From Candidatus Scalinduaceae bacterium (GTDB lineage Bacteria > Planctomycetota > Brocadiia > Brocadiales > Scalinduaceae), in NCBI GenBank assembly GCA_046759445.1, contig JBHICG010000005.1:40352-104351 (forward strand): 64,000 nt of DNA, in the 5' to 3' direction. Under the pieces are notes generated by a model. It ran no database searches and was not told the DNA's origin. It saw only the letters and a program-made list of their open reading frames with translations. Made by a program: the position numbers and the translations under genes. Positions 49,060 to 58,986 of this stretch are shown here, one piece after another; within the stretch, counting starts at the first letter, position 1, and every line of letters starts with the position of its first letter.

Positions 49060-50532
49060 ATGATATGTGTACCTGTTACGGCCAGAAATATTGAAGATGC
49101 TGTCTTTGAAATGTCATCGGCATCTAAACATGCTGACATAGACATAATAGAACTGCGTCTTGATTACATTCCTGAAGTAAAAAATGCTGAAATATGTCTG
49201 GAAAAGTTGTTAAAAGGAAAGACCAAACCAGTCATTGTCACGAATAGACCCAGAAGAGAAGGTGGTAATTTTGAGGGTAGCGAAAAAGATAGATTGTGTT
49301 TGTTACAAAAAGCCATAGAACTAGGTGCTGATTATGTTGATGTTGAATATGATTCGGCTAGTCATATTTCCAGGCGAGATGGTAGCAAAATAATCGTCTC
49401 TTATCACAATTTCAAAGAAACACCTCATAATATAAACAAAATATATGAAGACATTTCTCAATGTAAACCTGACATAGTAAAGATAGTTACCTACGCAAAC
49501 GATATTACTGATAACGTCAGGATATTTGAACTTCTAAAGATTGTAAACATACCTACTATATCCTTCTGTATGGGAGAATTTGGGTGCATAAGCAGGATTC
49601 TTACAAGAAAGTATGGAGGAGTTCTAACCTTTGCTTCACTCGAAAGGGGTAAGGAGTCGGCGCCCGGGCAGTTGACGGTTGATGAATTATCCAACATATA
49701 TCACTTTAAAAGTATAAACGTTGATACAGGGATTTATGGTATAGTTGGGAATCCCATTTCTCACAGTATAAGTCCCATCATCCATAACTCCTCGTTCTCA
49801 GAAAAAGGACTAAATAATGTTTATGTCCCCATGAAGGTCTTAGATATTGGCTCCTTTATTAAGGAATTCAGGAAAATGGATTTGCGGGGTCTTAGCGTTA
49901 CCATTCCGCATAAAGAAAGTATTATTCCTTTTCTGGATGATATTGAGAATACTGCCAGAAAGATTGGCGCTGTCAACACCGTCGTAAACCAAAGAGGCAA
50001 ATTAATAGGCTATAACACCGATTGCATGGCAGCCATAAAGGGTTTAGTGAGCAGTATGAGTGGAGAAGAGATTGCTTTAAAAGGCAAAAAAGTTGCCATT
50101 ATAGGGGCAGGGGGTGCGGCGCGGGCAATTGCATTTGGTTTAAAAGGAAAAGGTTGTGATATTACCATACATAATCGCACCCTCGAACGTGCACATAAAC
50201 TGTCTGTTGATGTTGGATGCGGATTTAAAGGATTTGACGAAATTAAGGAACTCAACACTGACATTCTCATAAACTGTACATCTATCGGTATGTTTCCAAA
50301 GGTTGAAGAATCGCCTGTTCCAAAAGATGTACTAAAGGAAGGTATGATAGTTTTTGACGCCGTTTATAATCCAATTGAAACAAGGCTTCTCCATGATGCA
50401 AAGGAAAGAGGATGCTATACGGTTAACGGACTGACCATGTTCATTAATCAAGCGGCTGAACAATTCAGGCTCTGGACAAATATAGAACCCCCGGTAGAAT
50501 TAATGAAAAATGTTGCAGAGGATGTACTATGA
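49060..50532 (+). CDS. aroE: Bifunctional type I 3-dehydroquinate dehydratase / shikimate dehydrogenase (AroD-AroE fusion)
   Basis: IELRLD, SYHNF and SAPGQ (AroD); HSISP, SVTIPHK, GAVNT, NTD and GAGGAARA (AroE). Confidence 0.92.
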   Translation: MICVPVTARNIEDAVFEMSSASKHADIDIIELRLDYIPEVKNAEICLEKLLKGKTKPVIVTNRPRREGGNFEGSEKDRLCLLQKAIELGADYVDVEYDSASHISRRDGSKIIVSYHNFKETPHNINKIYEDISQCKPDIVKIVTYANDITDNVRIFELLKIVNIPTISFCMGEFGCISRILTRKYGGVLTFASLERGKESAPGQLTVDELSNIYHFKSINVDTGIYGIVGNPISHSISPIIHNSSFSEKGLNNVYVPMKVLDIGSFIKEFRKMDLRGLSVTIPHKESIIPFLDDIENTARKIGAVNTVVNQRGKLIGYNTDCMAAIKGLVSSMSGEEIALKGKKVAIIGAGGAARAIAFGLKGKGCDITIHNRTLERAHKLSVDVGCGFKGFDEIKELNTDILINCTSIGMFPKVEESPVPKDVLKEGMIVFDAVYNPIETRLLHDAKERGCYTVNGLTMFINQAAEQFRLWTNIEPPVELMKNVAEDVL

Positions 50533-51056
50533 ATATAGTCTTAATTGGATTCAGGGGTACGGGGAAGAGTACCGTTGGCAAACTTTTGGCAGATCGTTTG
50601 AAGAGGGATTATGTTGATACAGACGAGTATATCGAGGGTGTCACGGGAAAAACTATTAAGTATATCTTCAAAGAAGAGGGGGAAGAAGGGTTTCGCAAGA
50701 CTGAGGCAGATGCTGTTGCAAAATTAAGCAAGATGGATGATAAGATAATTGCGGCAGGGGGAGGGGTTGTTCTTAGAAATGATAATGTAAAAAAATTGAA
50801 GAATAATGGATTCCTTATACTCCTGGAAGCTACTCCAGAGATCATCCATAATCGCATAAAACAAGATGTAAAAACAACCAACCAGAGACCTTCTCTAACG
50901 AGTAAAAAGCCATTTGATGAAATCAAACACTTAATAGAACAACGCCAGCAGCTTTACGAGAACGCAGCCGACTATACAATAAACACATCCTATATATCAT
51001 GTGAAGATGTTGCTGAAGAGATAGTCACGTTCTTAAAAGACCAAAAAAACAGGTAA
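50529..51056 (+). CDS. aroK: Shikimate kinase
   Basis: GFRGTGKST, GEEGFRK.E, GGGVV and RP motifs. Confidence 0.92.
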   Translation: MNIVLIGFRGTGKSTVGKLLADRLKRDYVDTDEYIEGVTGKTIKYIFKEEGEEGFRKTEADAVAKLSKMDDKIIAAGGGVVLRNDNVKKLKNNGFLILLEATPEIIHNRIKQDVKTTNQRPSLTSKKPFDEIKHLIEQRQQLYENAADYTINTSYISCEDVAEEIVTFLKDQKNR

Positions 51057-51134
51057 AATTACTTAAACTGAAGAGTCTAAATATTATGTTGCACGAAATA
51101 CGTTATCGTAATTATGGATTAGAACACTTTACCA

Positions 51135-53096
51135 TTACAACTTTTCAATTTCAACATAGGTGGAATTATAAGTGGCGTTACCTCCGAAGTCCTGAACCAC
51201 ATCCGGGATCAGGGTGTTTACGCCTTTACCTCCACAAAGCTTTGGCCACAAGCCACCGTAGGCCAATACAACTCCCTGTTTTATTTCACTTGTGAGATGC
51301 GCCTTCATGGTTAATGTATCCTGGGCATTTTTTAATCTTACCAAATCTCCCTCCCTTATATCCTTTTTTTTAGCATCTTCTTCGTTAAGTAGCACAATCG
51401 GTTCTATTTCCTTTTGCCAGATGTTATGAAACTGTGAACGGGTGATACGTTTGTGATTGGTAGTTAATAATTGAAAAGGATATCCATTCCTGTCCTCTTC
51501 ATAATAACCAGGTAGTGGAGGAAGATTCGCCTTTTCGGCCAGTTGAGAATACATTTCAATCTTACCGGAAGGGGTGTCATAGACGTCCTGCGGTCTGACC
51601 TCCATCTTGCAAAAACCTTTTCGTTCAAGGTCTGACAGTGTAAAATTTACTGCCTTACTCCTGCTGAGGAACTCTTCAACCACTTCCCGCTCAGGAGGAA
51701 ACAGTTCTTTGGTTTTCAGACCCAGCGTTGCGGTAAGTTCCTTGAAGACCTGATAGTTAGGTTTTGCCTCGCCGAGGGGCTCAATTGCCTTCTGGTTTAT
51801 TGACATATAATTGTGATAATAACATACATGGACGTCGAAAGATTCCAAGAAGCTGGTAGCGGGCAGGATGATATCGGCGTAGCTGCAGGTGTCATTTAAA
51901 AACAGGTCATGCACTACCACAAAAACGTCTTCACTCTCCAAACTTTTTCTCACCAATCTTTGATTGGGGAGATTAACCAGGGGGTTAGTGTTGAAAACAA
52001 AAAGTAGTTTTACTTCTCCCGTCTCCAGTACTCGCCCGAGTTGTGCCATGTTGTATGTCTTTTGCTTTCCTGTAGGGTCTTGTTTGGCAAGATGCTTACC
52101 CTGAAGGAAACCGAGGTCTATTTCTCTGTCGGTATTACTGTAATGTACCCTGAATCCACTCACAAGAGGTGCCAGGAGGGCAATGGTTCTAACCGCTTCG
52201 CCTCCATAAAGATGCTTCTGGATGCCAAAACCAAGATGTATAAAGCTGGGTCTTAGCCGATACATATCTTCGGCTAATTCCACTATATCATCCTTAGAAA
52301 GGTCTGTGATTCTTGATACTCTTTCAAGGTCAAATTCCTTAACAACCTCTTTGAATTGCTCAAACCCATAAGTATATTTATCTACATGATTGCGATCATA
52401 AAGTTTGTTTGATATCAGGTAATTTGCAATGCCCATGGCAAGTGCGCCGTCGGTGTTTGGCTTAATAGGGAGGTGCTTTCCGAGTTTGCATGTCTTCATG
52501 GGATCTATGAGATAAAATTTTGCCCCTTCACGCACTGCCTTCTTTGCGAGGTTGTAACCGTGCAGGTTGCTCCAGGGCCCATTAAGTCCCCAGAATATGA
52601 TAAGTTTAGAGGACATAATCTCCTCTGGGTTAATTCCCCAGTAGCCTCCGTAAACATACTGCAAGGCAGTTCGTCCGGCATTGGAACATATAGTGGGTGA
52701 ACATTTGCTGGTTCCTAGGGCGTTGAAGAATCGCTGGGAAAGCTGCTTGTTAAGAAGTCCCATATGGCCAAAATAGTCGAATGGTAAGATTGCTCCTGCC
52801 CCATGTCTGGTCTGTACTGTCTCTATGCGGCGGGCGATTTCCCCATATGCCTCCTCCCACGTAATCTTCTGGAAATTGTTAACTCCTTTCTTTCCGACTC
52901 TTTTGAGAGGGGACTGTAGTCGTTGGGGTGAATAGACGAACTTTAATGAATTCTGTATCTTCCAGCAGAGGAAGCCCTGCGTTACAGGATGTGCGGGGTT
53001 GCCCTGGAGTTTGATTGCTCTTCCATCCTCCACCGTTGTAAGGATGGAACAGGTATCGTAACAATCTCTGGGACAGGTGTTGAAAAACTTTTCCAT
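51135..53096 (-). CDS. Molybdopterin-dependent oxidoreductase (uncharacterised YoaE-like DMSO reductase family), cytoplasmic
   Basis: CPRDCYDTC..C Fe-S motif; TICSNAG ligand region; ADIILPATS; TPSGKIE; no Tat signal. Confidence 0.85.
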   Translation of the reverse strand: MEKFFNTCPRDCYDTCSILTTVEDGRAIKLQGNPAHPVTQGFLCWKIQNSLKFVYSPQRLQSPLKRVGKKGVNNFQKITWEEAYGEIARRIETVQTRHGAGAILPFDYFGHMGLLNKQLSQRFFNALGTSKCSPTICSNAGRTALQYVYGGYWGINPEEIMSSKLIIFWGLNGPWSNLHGYNLAKKAVREGAKFYLIDPMKTCKLGKHLPIKPNTDGALAMGIANYLISNKLYDRNHVDKYTYGFEQFKEVVKEFDLERVSRITDLSKDDIVELAEDMYRLRPSFIHLGFGIQKHLYGGEAVRTIALLAPLVSGFRVHYSNTDREIDLGFLQGKHLAKQDPTGKQKTYNMAQLGRVLETGEVKLLFVFNTNPLVNLPNQRLVRKSLESEDVFVVVHDLFLNDTCSYADIILPATSFLESFDVHVCYYHNYMSINQKAIEPLGEAKPNYQVFKELTATLGLKTKELFPPEREVVEEFLSRSKAVNFTLSDLERKGFCKMEVRPQDVYDTPSGKIEMYSQLAEKANLPPLPGYYEEDRNGYPFQLLTTNHKRITRSQFHNIWQKEIEPIVLLNEEDAKKKDIREGDLVRLKNAQDTLTMKAHLTSEIKQGVVLAYGGLWPKLCGGKGVNTLIPDVVQDFGGNATYNSTYVEIEKL

Positions 53097-53244
53097 GGGT
53101 ATTATTATTTTTAAGCACTGATAATAAAATAGGATATGAAAAGTTTAACATAAAGTGCGAAGAATTGCCAATTTTATGGGATGAATCATTTGTCAATAAG
53201 TGCTTATGCTTATTTTATAAATGAGTATGGTGTTTCCAGATTAT

Positions 53245-53475
53245 TTAATCCTTTTTGCAAATTTTATAAACGGGGTTGCCACTTCCGATCTCCGTTTTAC
53301 TAACAATCCCTTTTTTGATTAAACTTTGTAAGGCACTTGATACCTCATCTACAGATGCTTCTATGTTTTCACAACACAGCCACCATTCAGCAATACCTTC
53401 TAAAGTATCCCCAGCATCGGGATTCCTGCGAAGATAGTTCAAAATCTTTTTGGAAACTTCCTCTTGTTTTTCCAT
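53245..53475 (-). CDS. Small winged-helix protein
   Basis: ILNYLRRNPDAGDTLEGIAEWW...VSSALQSLIKKG; RBS AAGGAG. Confidence 0.7.
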   Translation of the reverse strand: MEKQEEVSKKILNYLRRNPDAGDTLEGIAEWWLCCENIEASVDEVSSALQSLIKKGIVSKTEIGSGNPVYKICKKD

Positions 53476-53598
53476 TTACTCCTTCTTCTCTTTTTAGCAA
53501 GTATTGATTTATATTGTGAGATGCGATCTACTCTATTAGACATGATACTTATCATGGATGACCTTGTTTTCGGACCCTGTTTTACCCTATTCTATTGA

Positions 53599-56223
53599 CT
53601 ATTGATCTCTATTGTTTTCTTTCCCTATATTCTGTTTTTGAATGGTAACCTCATTAGTTTCATAAGGAGTTTTTATAAACAATCTTATTGCTTCTTTTTC
53701 CTCAGACGATAACGATTTATCATTTTGAAATTTATCAGCCAACTCTTTGAATTTACCAACAACATAAGCTTTACACAATGTATTCATATCAAATATAATA
53801 TTACCTTCACGCATTGGTTCCCGCAGGCGCATAAGGAATTTTGCAAATTTCTTAGAATTATTCTTAACAAGTGATAATATATAATTATTGACAATATCCT
53901 TGTATCTACCTGTGGAACTCATCCAATCTGATGACCATTGATATAATACGAATCCCCATTCATTCTCTTTTAACTCCTCAAATATATCTCTCTTTGCGTC
54001 AATAAAATGTATCTTTAATCTACCAGCAACAATATCTTGAATTTTATCACTTATTTTTAGACCATAAATATTATTCACTTCTCCTTTTACCTCTTTTATA
54101 CATTGCAAAACAAAATAAACAGCAAAATGAAGATCAGGTGTTTTTTCAGCAACTTCTTCCAATATTATTTGTATGTTATCCTTATCAGTTTTCTTAATAA
54201 TCAGGTTCAATAAAAGGGAGAGGGCTTTTTCGTATTCAGATTGCTCAAGAAATCCTGAGTCTCCTTTAGAGAAATATTCTGCTTTTTTATAAATAACTCT
54301 TATTATCGCAGTAGCTGTTTCGTGGCTTAGTTCGTCTTTAAATAAAATAATCTTATTTAAAAATTCTTTAAGTCGATCTTTCTTCTGATTTTCAAAAACT
54401 GTTTCTTCAATAATGTATTCTTTCTTATCTTTTTCTTTTGAGTTCCATGTTTCTAAAGTTATTTTGATATACTCATCAGAGACTTCTGATGATGGCACTT
54501 TCAACATAAAATATTTTTTAAATGAATCAGGATGCGTAATCCTTCTTTCTGCTCTATAATCATTTATACAAGATTGATCATAAACTGATCTTTGCTTATT
54601 CAATGATCCTTTGACTTCAACAAAAAATATCTCTTCCAATAATTTTTTTAAAACTATGCCTTCTTTCTGATTTTCACATATTTCTTTAATATGTTCTTCA
54701 ATCTGCTCATATTTTGCATCTTCATTAGTTGAAAGATGAAAGGGAGATGAAAAAAGGCCCATATCACGACTCCATTTTATAGGAATATAATACCAAGGAT
54801 TATTCCATATATCGTCATAAACCTTTGGATAGAAAATTCTTATTATTTCTAGAATACAGAAGTCATATAGACAAACTTCAGCCTTAATTGGAGGAAGTGT
54901 AGAACGTAGGCCGTTTATATACCTTTTAGCATGGCGCAAGGTTTTAAAGAGTCTTCTTATTTGTGTCTGGTACATATAATGAAAAGATAACTCTTTTTCG
55001 AACTTTAGTCTCTCGTCTTTAGCAATATTTATTTCATCAAAAAGTTTATCTAGGCATGAACCTATAAATTCATCAATTTTATTTTGTTCAATAGCCGGCA
55101 ATGGAACAGGTTTCTGCACTATTTTTTCTAAGAATGCAGGGTCAGTCATAGCATTTCCTTCGAGAACTTTTTGAACCGCAATTTGATCAAAACTTAAAAG
55201 AAAAATTGTGTTCTTAAATTTGGTATTAAGACGTACAAGCTTAAAAACAAGAAGTATTTCTTCAGCTTGCAATCTATCAATATCATCAACAATAATTAAA
55301 AGTTTTATCCCTATCTGCTCTATATAAGATTCTATCCTTTGTTTGACTTCCTCAATAGATTCTTCACCGAAAGTAAGGTTATTCATGATCCCTGTTTGCA
55401 ATAATCCTGACGATACTATTTTCAGATATTTATTGAATGCCTTTTTAAGATTAGGGAATATGAACCTTTTGTTTATAGTCCTTTCTATTTCTCCGTAAAA
55501 GGCGGATATAATCGCCTTTTCATCATTGAAGTACCAAGGATCAAAATTAACAACAATAAAGTTTTTGTTATCTTTAAACCTCTCTAGCAATAAATAGATA
55601 GTTGAAGTTTTCCCTTCTCCCCATTTTCCGTGAATACCAAAAACAAATGAATCATTGAAAGGTAAACAAGAAATCTCTTTATACAGATCTTCTATAAATT
55701 TGTTTCTTCCTAATTTGTCATATTTAGCAAGTTTAATTGGTTCATCCGAAAGCGAAATAATATCACTAGTTACAGATGCATTTTCTTTTTTTTTATATTT
55801 CGCAAAACAGATAAATAAAACCCCAACTAATAAAAATATATTAAAAGCGAGAAAACTCCAAAATTCAAAAGATGTCTTAAGAACAAGGTCTTGTTGAAAT
55901 AATAAAATCAGAAGGCATGAGAGGAAAAGGAATATAAATATGTAATCAGGATAGACAAGAGGTGGTTCTGATAATTTGTAAGTATTTCTATACCGTTGAC
56001 AGAATCTTTTTGCTTTGTCACAGAATAGTATTATAAAAATTAATATTGCACTTATAATACCTATAATAGTTTCAAATGTTACTTCAAATAGATATTTCTT
56101 TGGGAAGTTTATCTTTAATAAAAATGGAAGAATACAAAACACAAATAATATTGATGCCAAAATAGTAACAAGAATATTTCTCATATATTTCTTAAATATA
56201 TTTTTTGTTATATTCTTTGGCAT
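53599..56223 (-). CDS. KAP-family P-loop NTPase with N-terminal TM helices
   Basis: DKLGR, GKWGEGKTS (Walker A), FDPW, IIVDDIDRL (Walker B), FLEKIVQ..V.LP and TLR..KR motifs; 3-4 N-terminal TM helices; AT-rich. Confidence 0.88.
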   Translation of the reverse strand: MPKNITKNIFKKYMRNILVTILASILFVFCILPFLLKINFPKKYLFEVTFETIIGIISAILIFIILFCDKAKRFCQRYRNTYKLSEPPLVYPDYIFIFLFLSCLLILLFQQDLVLKTSFEFWSFLAFNIFLLVGVLFICFAKYKKKENASVTSDIISLSDEPIKLAKYDKLGRNKFIEDLYKEISCLPFNDSFVFGIHGKWGEGKTSTIYLLLERFKDNKNFIVVNFDPWYFNDEKAIISAFYGEIERTINKRFIFPNLKKAFNKYLKIVSSGLLQTGIMNNLTFGEESIEEVKQRIESYIEQIGIKLLIIVDDIDRLQAEEILLVFKLVRLNTKFKNTIFLLSFDQIAVQKVLEGNAMTDPAFLEKIVQKPVPLPAIEQNKIDEFIGSCLDKLFDEINIAKDERLKFEKELSFHYMYQTQIRRLFKTLRHAKRYINGLRSTLPPIKAEVCLYDFCILEIIRIFYPKVYDDIWNNPWYYIPIKWSRDMGLFSSPFHLSTNEDAKYEQIEEHIKEICENQKEGIVLKKLLEEIFFVEVKGSLNKQRSVYDQSCINDYRAERRITHPDSFKKYFMLKVPSSEVSDEYIKITLETWNSKEKDKKEYIIEETVFENQKKDRLKEFLNKIILFKDELSHETATAIIRVIYKKAEYFSKGDSGFLEQSEYEKALSLLLNLIIKKTDKDNIQIILEEVAEKTPDLHFAVYFVLQCIKEVKGEVNNIYGLKISDKIQDIVAGRLKIHFIDAKRDIFEELKENEWGFVLYQWSSDWMSSTGRYKDIVNNYILSLVKNNSKKFAKFLMRLREPMREGNIIFDMNTLCKAYVVGKFKELADKFQNDKSLSSEEKEAIRLFIKTPYETNEVTIQKQNIGKENNRDQ

Positions 56224-56591
56224 AGATATTAAGTACTAATGGAAAGATGGGGATACCTAATCTATCGACAAAAGAAAAGGATCAGGTTTGCCCTCGGCAA
56301 TATTTTCTTCGTCCACCAATTGATGGGTTATATGTCTATGTGATATGGTAATGAATCTTGCTTATTAAAAGCAAGACTTAAGAAGATTGTGGAAAATCTG
56401 AGGTTTATGATAGTGATGCTGTTTACTAAAATCAACAGGTTTTTGGGGTTACATCTTCTGTGCGAATCTGTATTAATTCCTGATCGTCCTGTAATCCCGT
56501 CCGAAATATTCTTTCCTCTGCGTTCTTTGCGTCTGCGGTGAGCTAATGTTTTGGCAACCAAGTACACCTAGCAGGTGTATTCTGGTAAAGG

Positions 56592-57056
56592 CTAGGCGGC
56601 ACTTTTTAAATAGATTTCAAACTCAAGTTTTAAAAGAGAGGCAACTTTATAGAGCTGTGTAAGATTCTTGTTAAGGATGTTGGGGTTGAGAAGCCTTTGA
56701 ATTTGATTATCTGAGGTAGCAAGCTGTTGGGCTAAATATTTCTTAGAAATATTCTTCTTTTCAAGAACTTCCTTAATTTGCGCAATAATATGTTCTATAT
56801 GATTTTGGAGCATGTACTCCGGATCTTTGACAATGGCCAACGGTTGGTCATATGGCATATAGTCAATAGTGCCATCAGCAAACAAAATACCTATACTTTT
56901 TCCCCTGGTTTCCTTGTCAATCCATACTTCCCTGATATTCTGCTTAATTCCCAGTGACCCGTAATGAACGCACACTTTTTTTCCTGAAGTGTAAACAGCT
57001 TCAATCTGCTTTTTCTTATTAGAGAATTTAGCAGATTTAAAACTAGAGGTTCTCAT
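56592..57056 (-). CDS. Putative antitoxin with C-terminal XRE-type HTH
   Basis: ISKKYLAQQLATSDNQIQRLLNP HTH; ATGA-coupled to the upstream toxin-like gene. Confidence 0.75.
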   Translation of the reverse strand: MRTSSFKSAKFSNKKKQIEAVYTSGKKVCVHYGSLGIKQNIREVWIDKETRGKSIGILFADGTIDYMPYDQPLAIVKDPEYMLQNHIEHIIAQIKEVLEKKNISKKYLAQQLATSDNQIQRLLNPNILNKNLTQLYKVASLLKLEFEIYLKSAA

Positions 57057-57247
57057 ACCTTTCCCTCCTTGATAAGTTCCATTAATATTTTCTTGAGTTT
57101 TGCACTCATTTTACCCTTTAATACTGTAAATCCGGGCAGTTCGATTTTTACCACTTCTTTTCCGCCTTTGTAAACGTGTATATGCTTGGGTAGATGGTCT
57201 CCTATCCATCACTCAATAATATACCTACCTCTTTTCACTCGTCCCAT
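57053..57247 (-). pseudogene. DUF4160-like toxin gene with in-frame TGA at codon 13
   Basis: MGRVKRGRYIIE*WIGDHLPKHIHVYKGGKEVVKIELPGFTVLKGKMSAKLKKILMELIKEGKV; DHxPxHxHV motif; TGA at 57209-57211. Confidence 0.75.
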
Positions 57248-57253
57248 TTTTCA

Positions 57254-57283
57254 TATACTACTATTATTAGTAGTATAAATCAA
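57254..57283 (-). promoter_or_regulatory. TA promoter with overlapping palindromic operator
   Basis: TTGATT-N17-TAGTAT; perfect inverted repeat TATACTACTA-N4-TAGTAGTATA (57254-57277). Confidence 0.7.
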
Positions 57284-57523
57284 TAGTTGTTTTAATTTGT
57301 TTTGGAAGATACGCTTTCTATTGATTGGTAATTTGGCAGACTGAAGTTTACGGCTACAACATTCCCACGCGGGGTTGCCCCCGTCCGTACCGGTACGGGC
57401 GGGCGACGATCAGTGTGGGTAGGGGCATGGAAACTAGATAAAAGGCGTAAGGTAGGGTTAGGTGAAAACTTGAAGTCGTTTAAGGTGGTCGCAAATTGCG
57501 ATTACCTATGCTTTTCCACTTTC

Positions 57524-58651
57524 CTATACATCATCATTAGGCAGTTCTAACATTTTAATCGTAGGCAATGAAGTGCCTGCAATCTCTTGAAGGTCACCGT
57601 GCATGCCTGCGGCATTAGAGATTACTCTTTCTATTTGTTTTTCCCGTTTGGACCATATTTTCTGCATTGCACGTCTTTCGGCTTCCAGATCCTCTTTCAT
57701 TGCAGTAAAGGATTCTACAATTGCCTCCACTCTATTTCTAAATTCCTGTCCGGTCAAATAATTGTATGCAATTTCCATTTTTTCTTTTTTGCCGACCTGG
57801 ATTTCCCGCTCTCTGGCAACCTGAATCAATACCACCCTCAAAGCCAGTGCAAGGCTCACGACTGAGAGTATATCGGTTACCCATACACTGGATATTTGCC
57901 GAAAATGATGAAAGCCCTTCGGCAAAGATTCGGATGCCAGGATAGCTAAATCGGCTTTTGCCTCACGCTGGTCATCTTTGAGTTTTTGAATCCAGGAATC
58001 ACTCCAATTTTTTGTTCGTTTTGTTTCCCATAAGATTTTTCCACAAATGCGTCCGGATTGTGTTTTTACCGTTTGTATAATATCACCACCTTTTACTCCC
58101 TTGGCAACCGGTTCGATATCATCAAAGGGGAATTCTTCCTTCAATGATTCCTCCAGCTCCAGCTCCAGCACTTCACCCTGCATTTGCTGAGAACCCTGTT
58201 CGGCCTTTCTCTTGAGTTCATCTATCTGCTTTTTCATATCGTCAAGTTGTTTATCTTTTTCAGCATCCTTCAATCGATGCGTCTCTTCGAATTCTTTAGA
58301 GGCTTTTTCAATTATTTTCTGACGTTCAGCATCAATTTTACGACTAAGTTCCAATTCTAATTTCTCTTCCTTTTCCTCAAGTTCCCGCTGTCTCTTGCGA
58401 AGCTCAAGCTCCTGCTTTTGAGCTTCTTTTAGGTTCTTGGTTTTTTCTTCCAATTGTTCCTTTAAATCAGAGATCTTGAGATTTATTAACTCCTGGGCAT
58501 CTTTTTTTGCTTTTTCTTCAATAGACTTCTTAAGCTTTCCGATCTCATTTTCGTATTTTTCTTTCAGCCTTATTTCAATATCATGTGAGATGGCTTCTGA
58601 TAATTCAATTACTGCACCACAATTTGGGCACTTAATAGTTTCTTTAGTCAC
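57524..58651 (-). CDS. DUF2130 domain coiled-coil protein
   Basis: IKCPNCG; long coiled coil; GSQQMQGEVLE; GGDIIQ; ILWETKRTKNWS..WI.KLKDDQR (PD-(D/E)xK-like); GTG start. Confidence 0.85.
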   Translation of the reverse strand: MTKETIKCPNCGAVIELSEAISHDIEIRLKEKYENEIGKLKKSIEEKAKKDAQELINLKISDLKEQLEEKTKNLKEAQKQELELRKRQRELEEKEEKLELELSRKIDAERQKIIEKASKEFEETHRLKDAEKDKQLDDMKKQIDELKRKAEQGSQQMQGEVLELELEESLKEEFPFDDIEPVAKGVKGGDIIQTVKTQSGRICGKILWETKRTKNWSDSWIQKLKDDQREAKADLAILASESLPKGFHHFRQISSVWVTDILSVVSLALALRVVLIQVAREREIQVGKKEKMEIAYNYLTGQEFRNRVEAIVESFTAMKEDLEAERRAMQKIWSKREKQIERVISNAAGMHGDLQEIAGTSLPTIKMLELPNDDV

Positions 58652-58730
58652 AAAAAGTCCTCTTTTGTAATAGTTACATTAACTTTTGGTAATGATGTAG
58701 TTTATACGTTATTCTGGTTTCTTCACTGTC

Positions 58731-58869
58731 TGTCGTTCTGAGCAAAGAGAAAGACCTTGACTTTGAAGTATTAGAGACTCTTCGGTCCCTTCCTGTCGTC
58801 AGGACAGGCGTATCCTCCCTCAGAATGCCAAGGGATGGAGCATTGTGTCATTCCTCATATGGATGACAG
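58731..58869. repeat. Degenerate palindromic element (TGTC.TTCTGAG...CTCAGAATG type)
   Basis: tgtcgttctgag...ctcagaatgcca and tgtcattc..ggatgaca; related fragments near 21960-22020 and 22120-22207. Confidence 0.45.
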
Positions 58870-58986
58870 TCTGTCAAGGTTAAAGAGGCCAAAAAAACAT
58901 TTATTGTAAACTACTTTATGATTTCAGTAGTATGTGTATACATTATCAACTTATACACACAGCGGAAACAAGTTTTATAGAAGCCG

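Noticed and set aside
56328..56567. 79-aa ORF
   Set aside because: Largely a translation of intergenic repeat sequence, with no protein features.
57209..57211. Selenocysteine or genetic code 4/25 reading of the TGA
   Set aside because: TGA is used as a stop elsewhere in the window (e.g. lpdA, ccp), the context implies Trp rather than Cys, and no obvious SECIS hairpin was seen.
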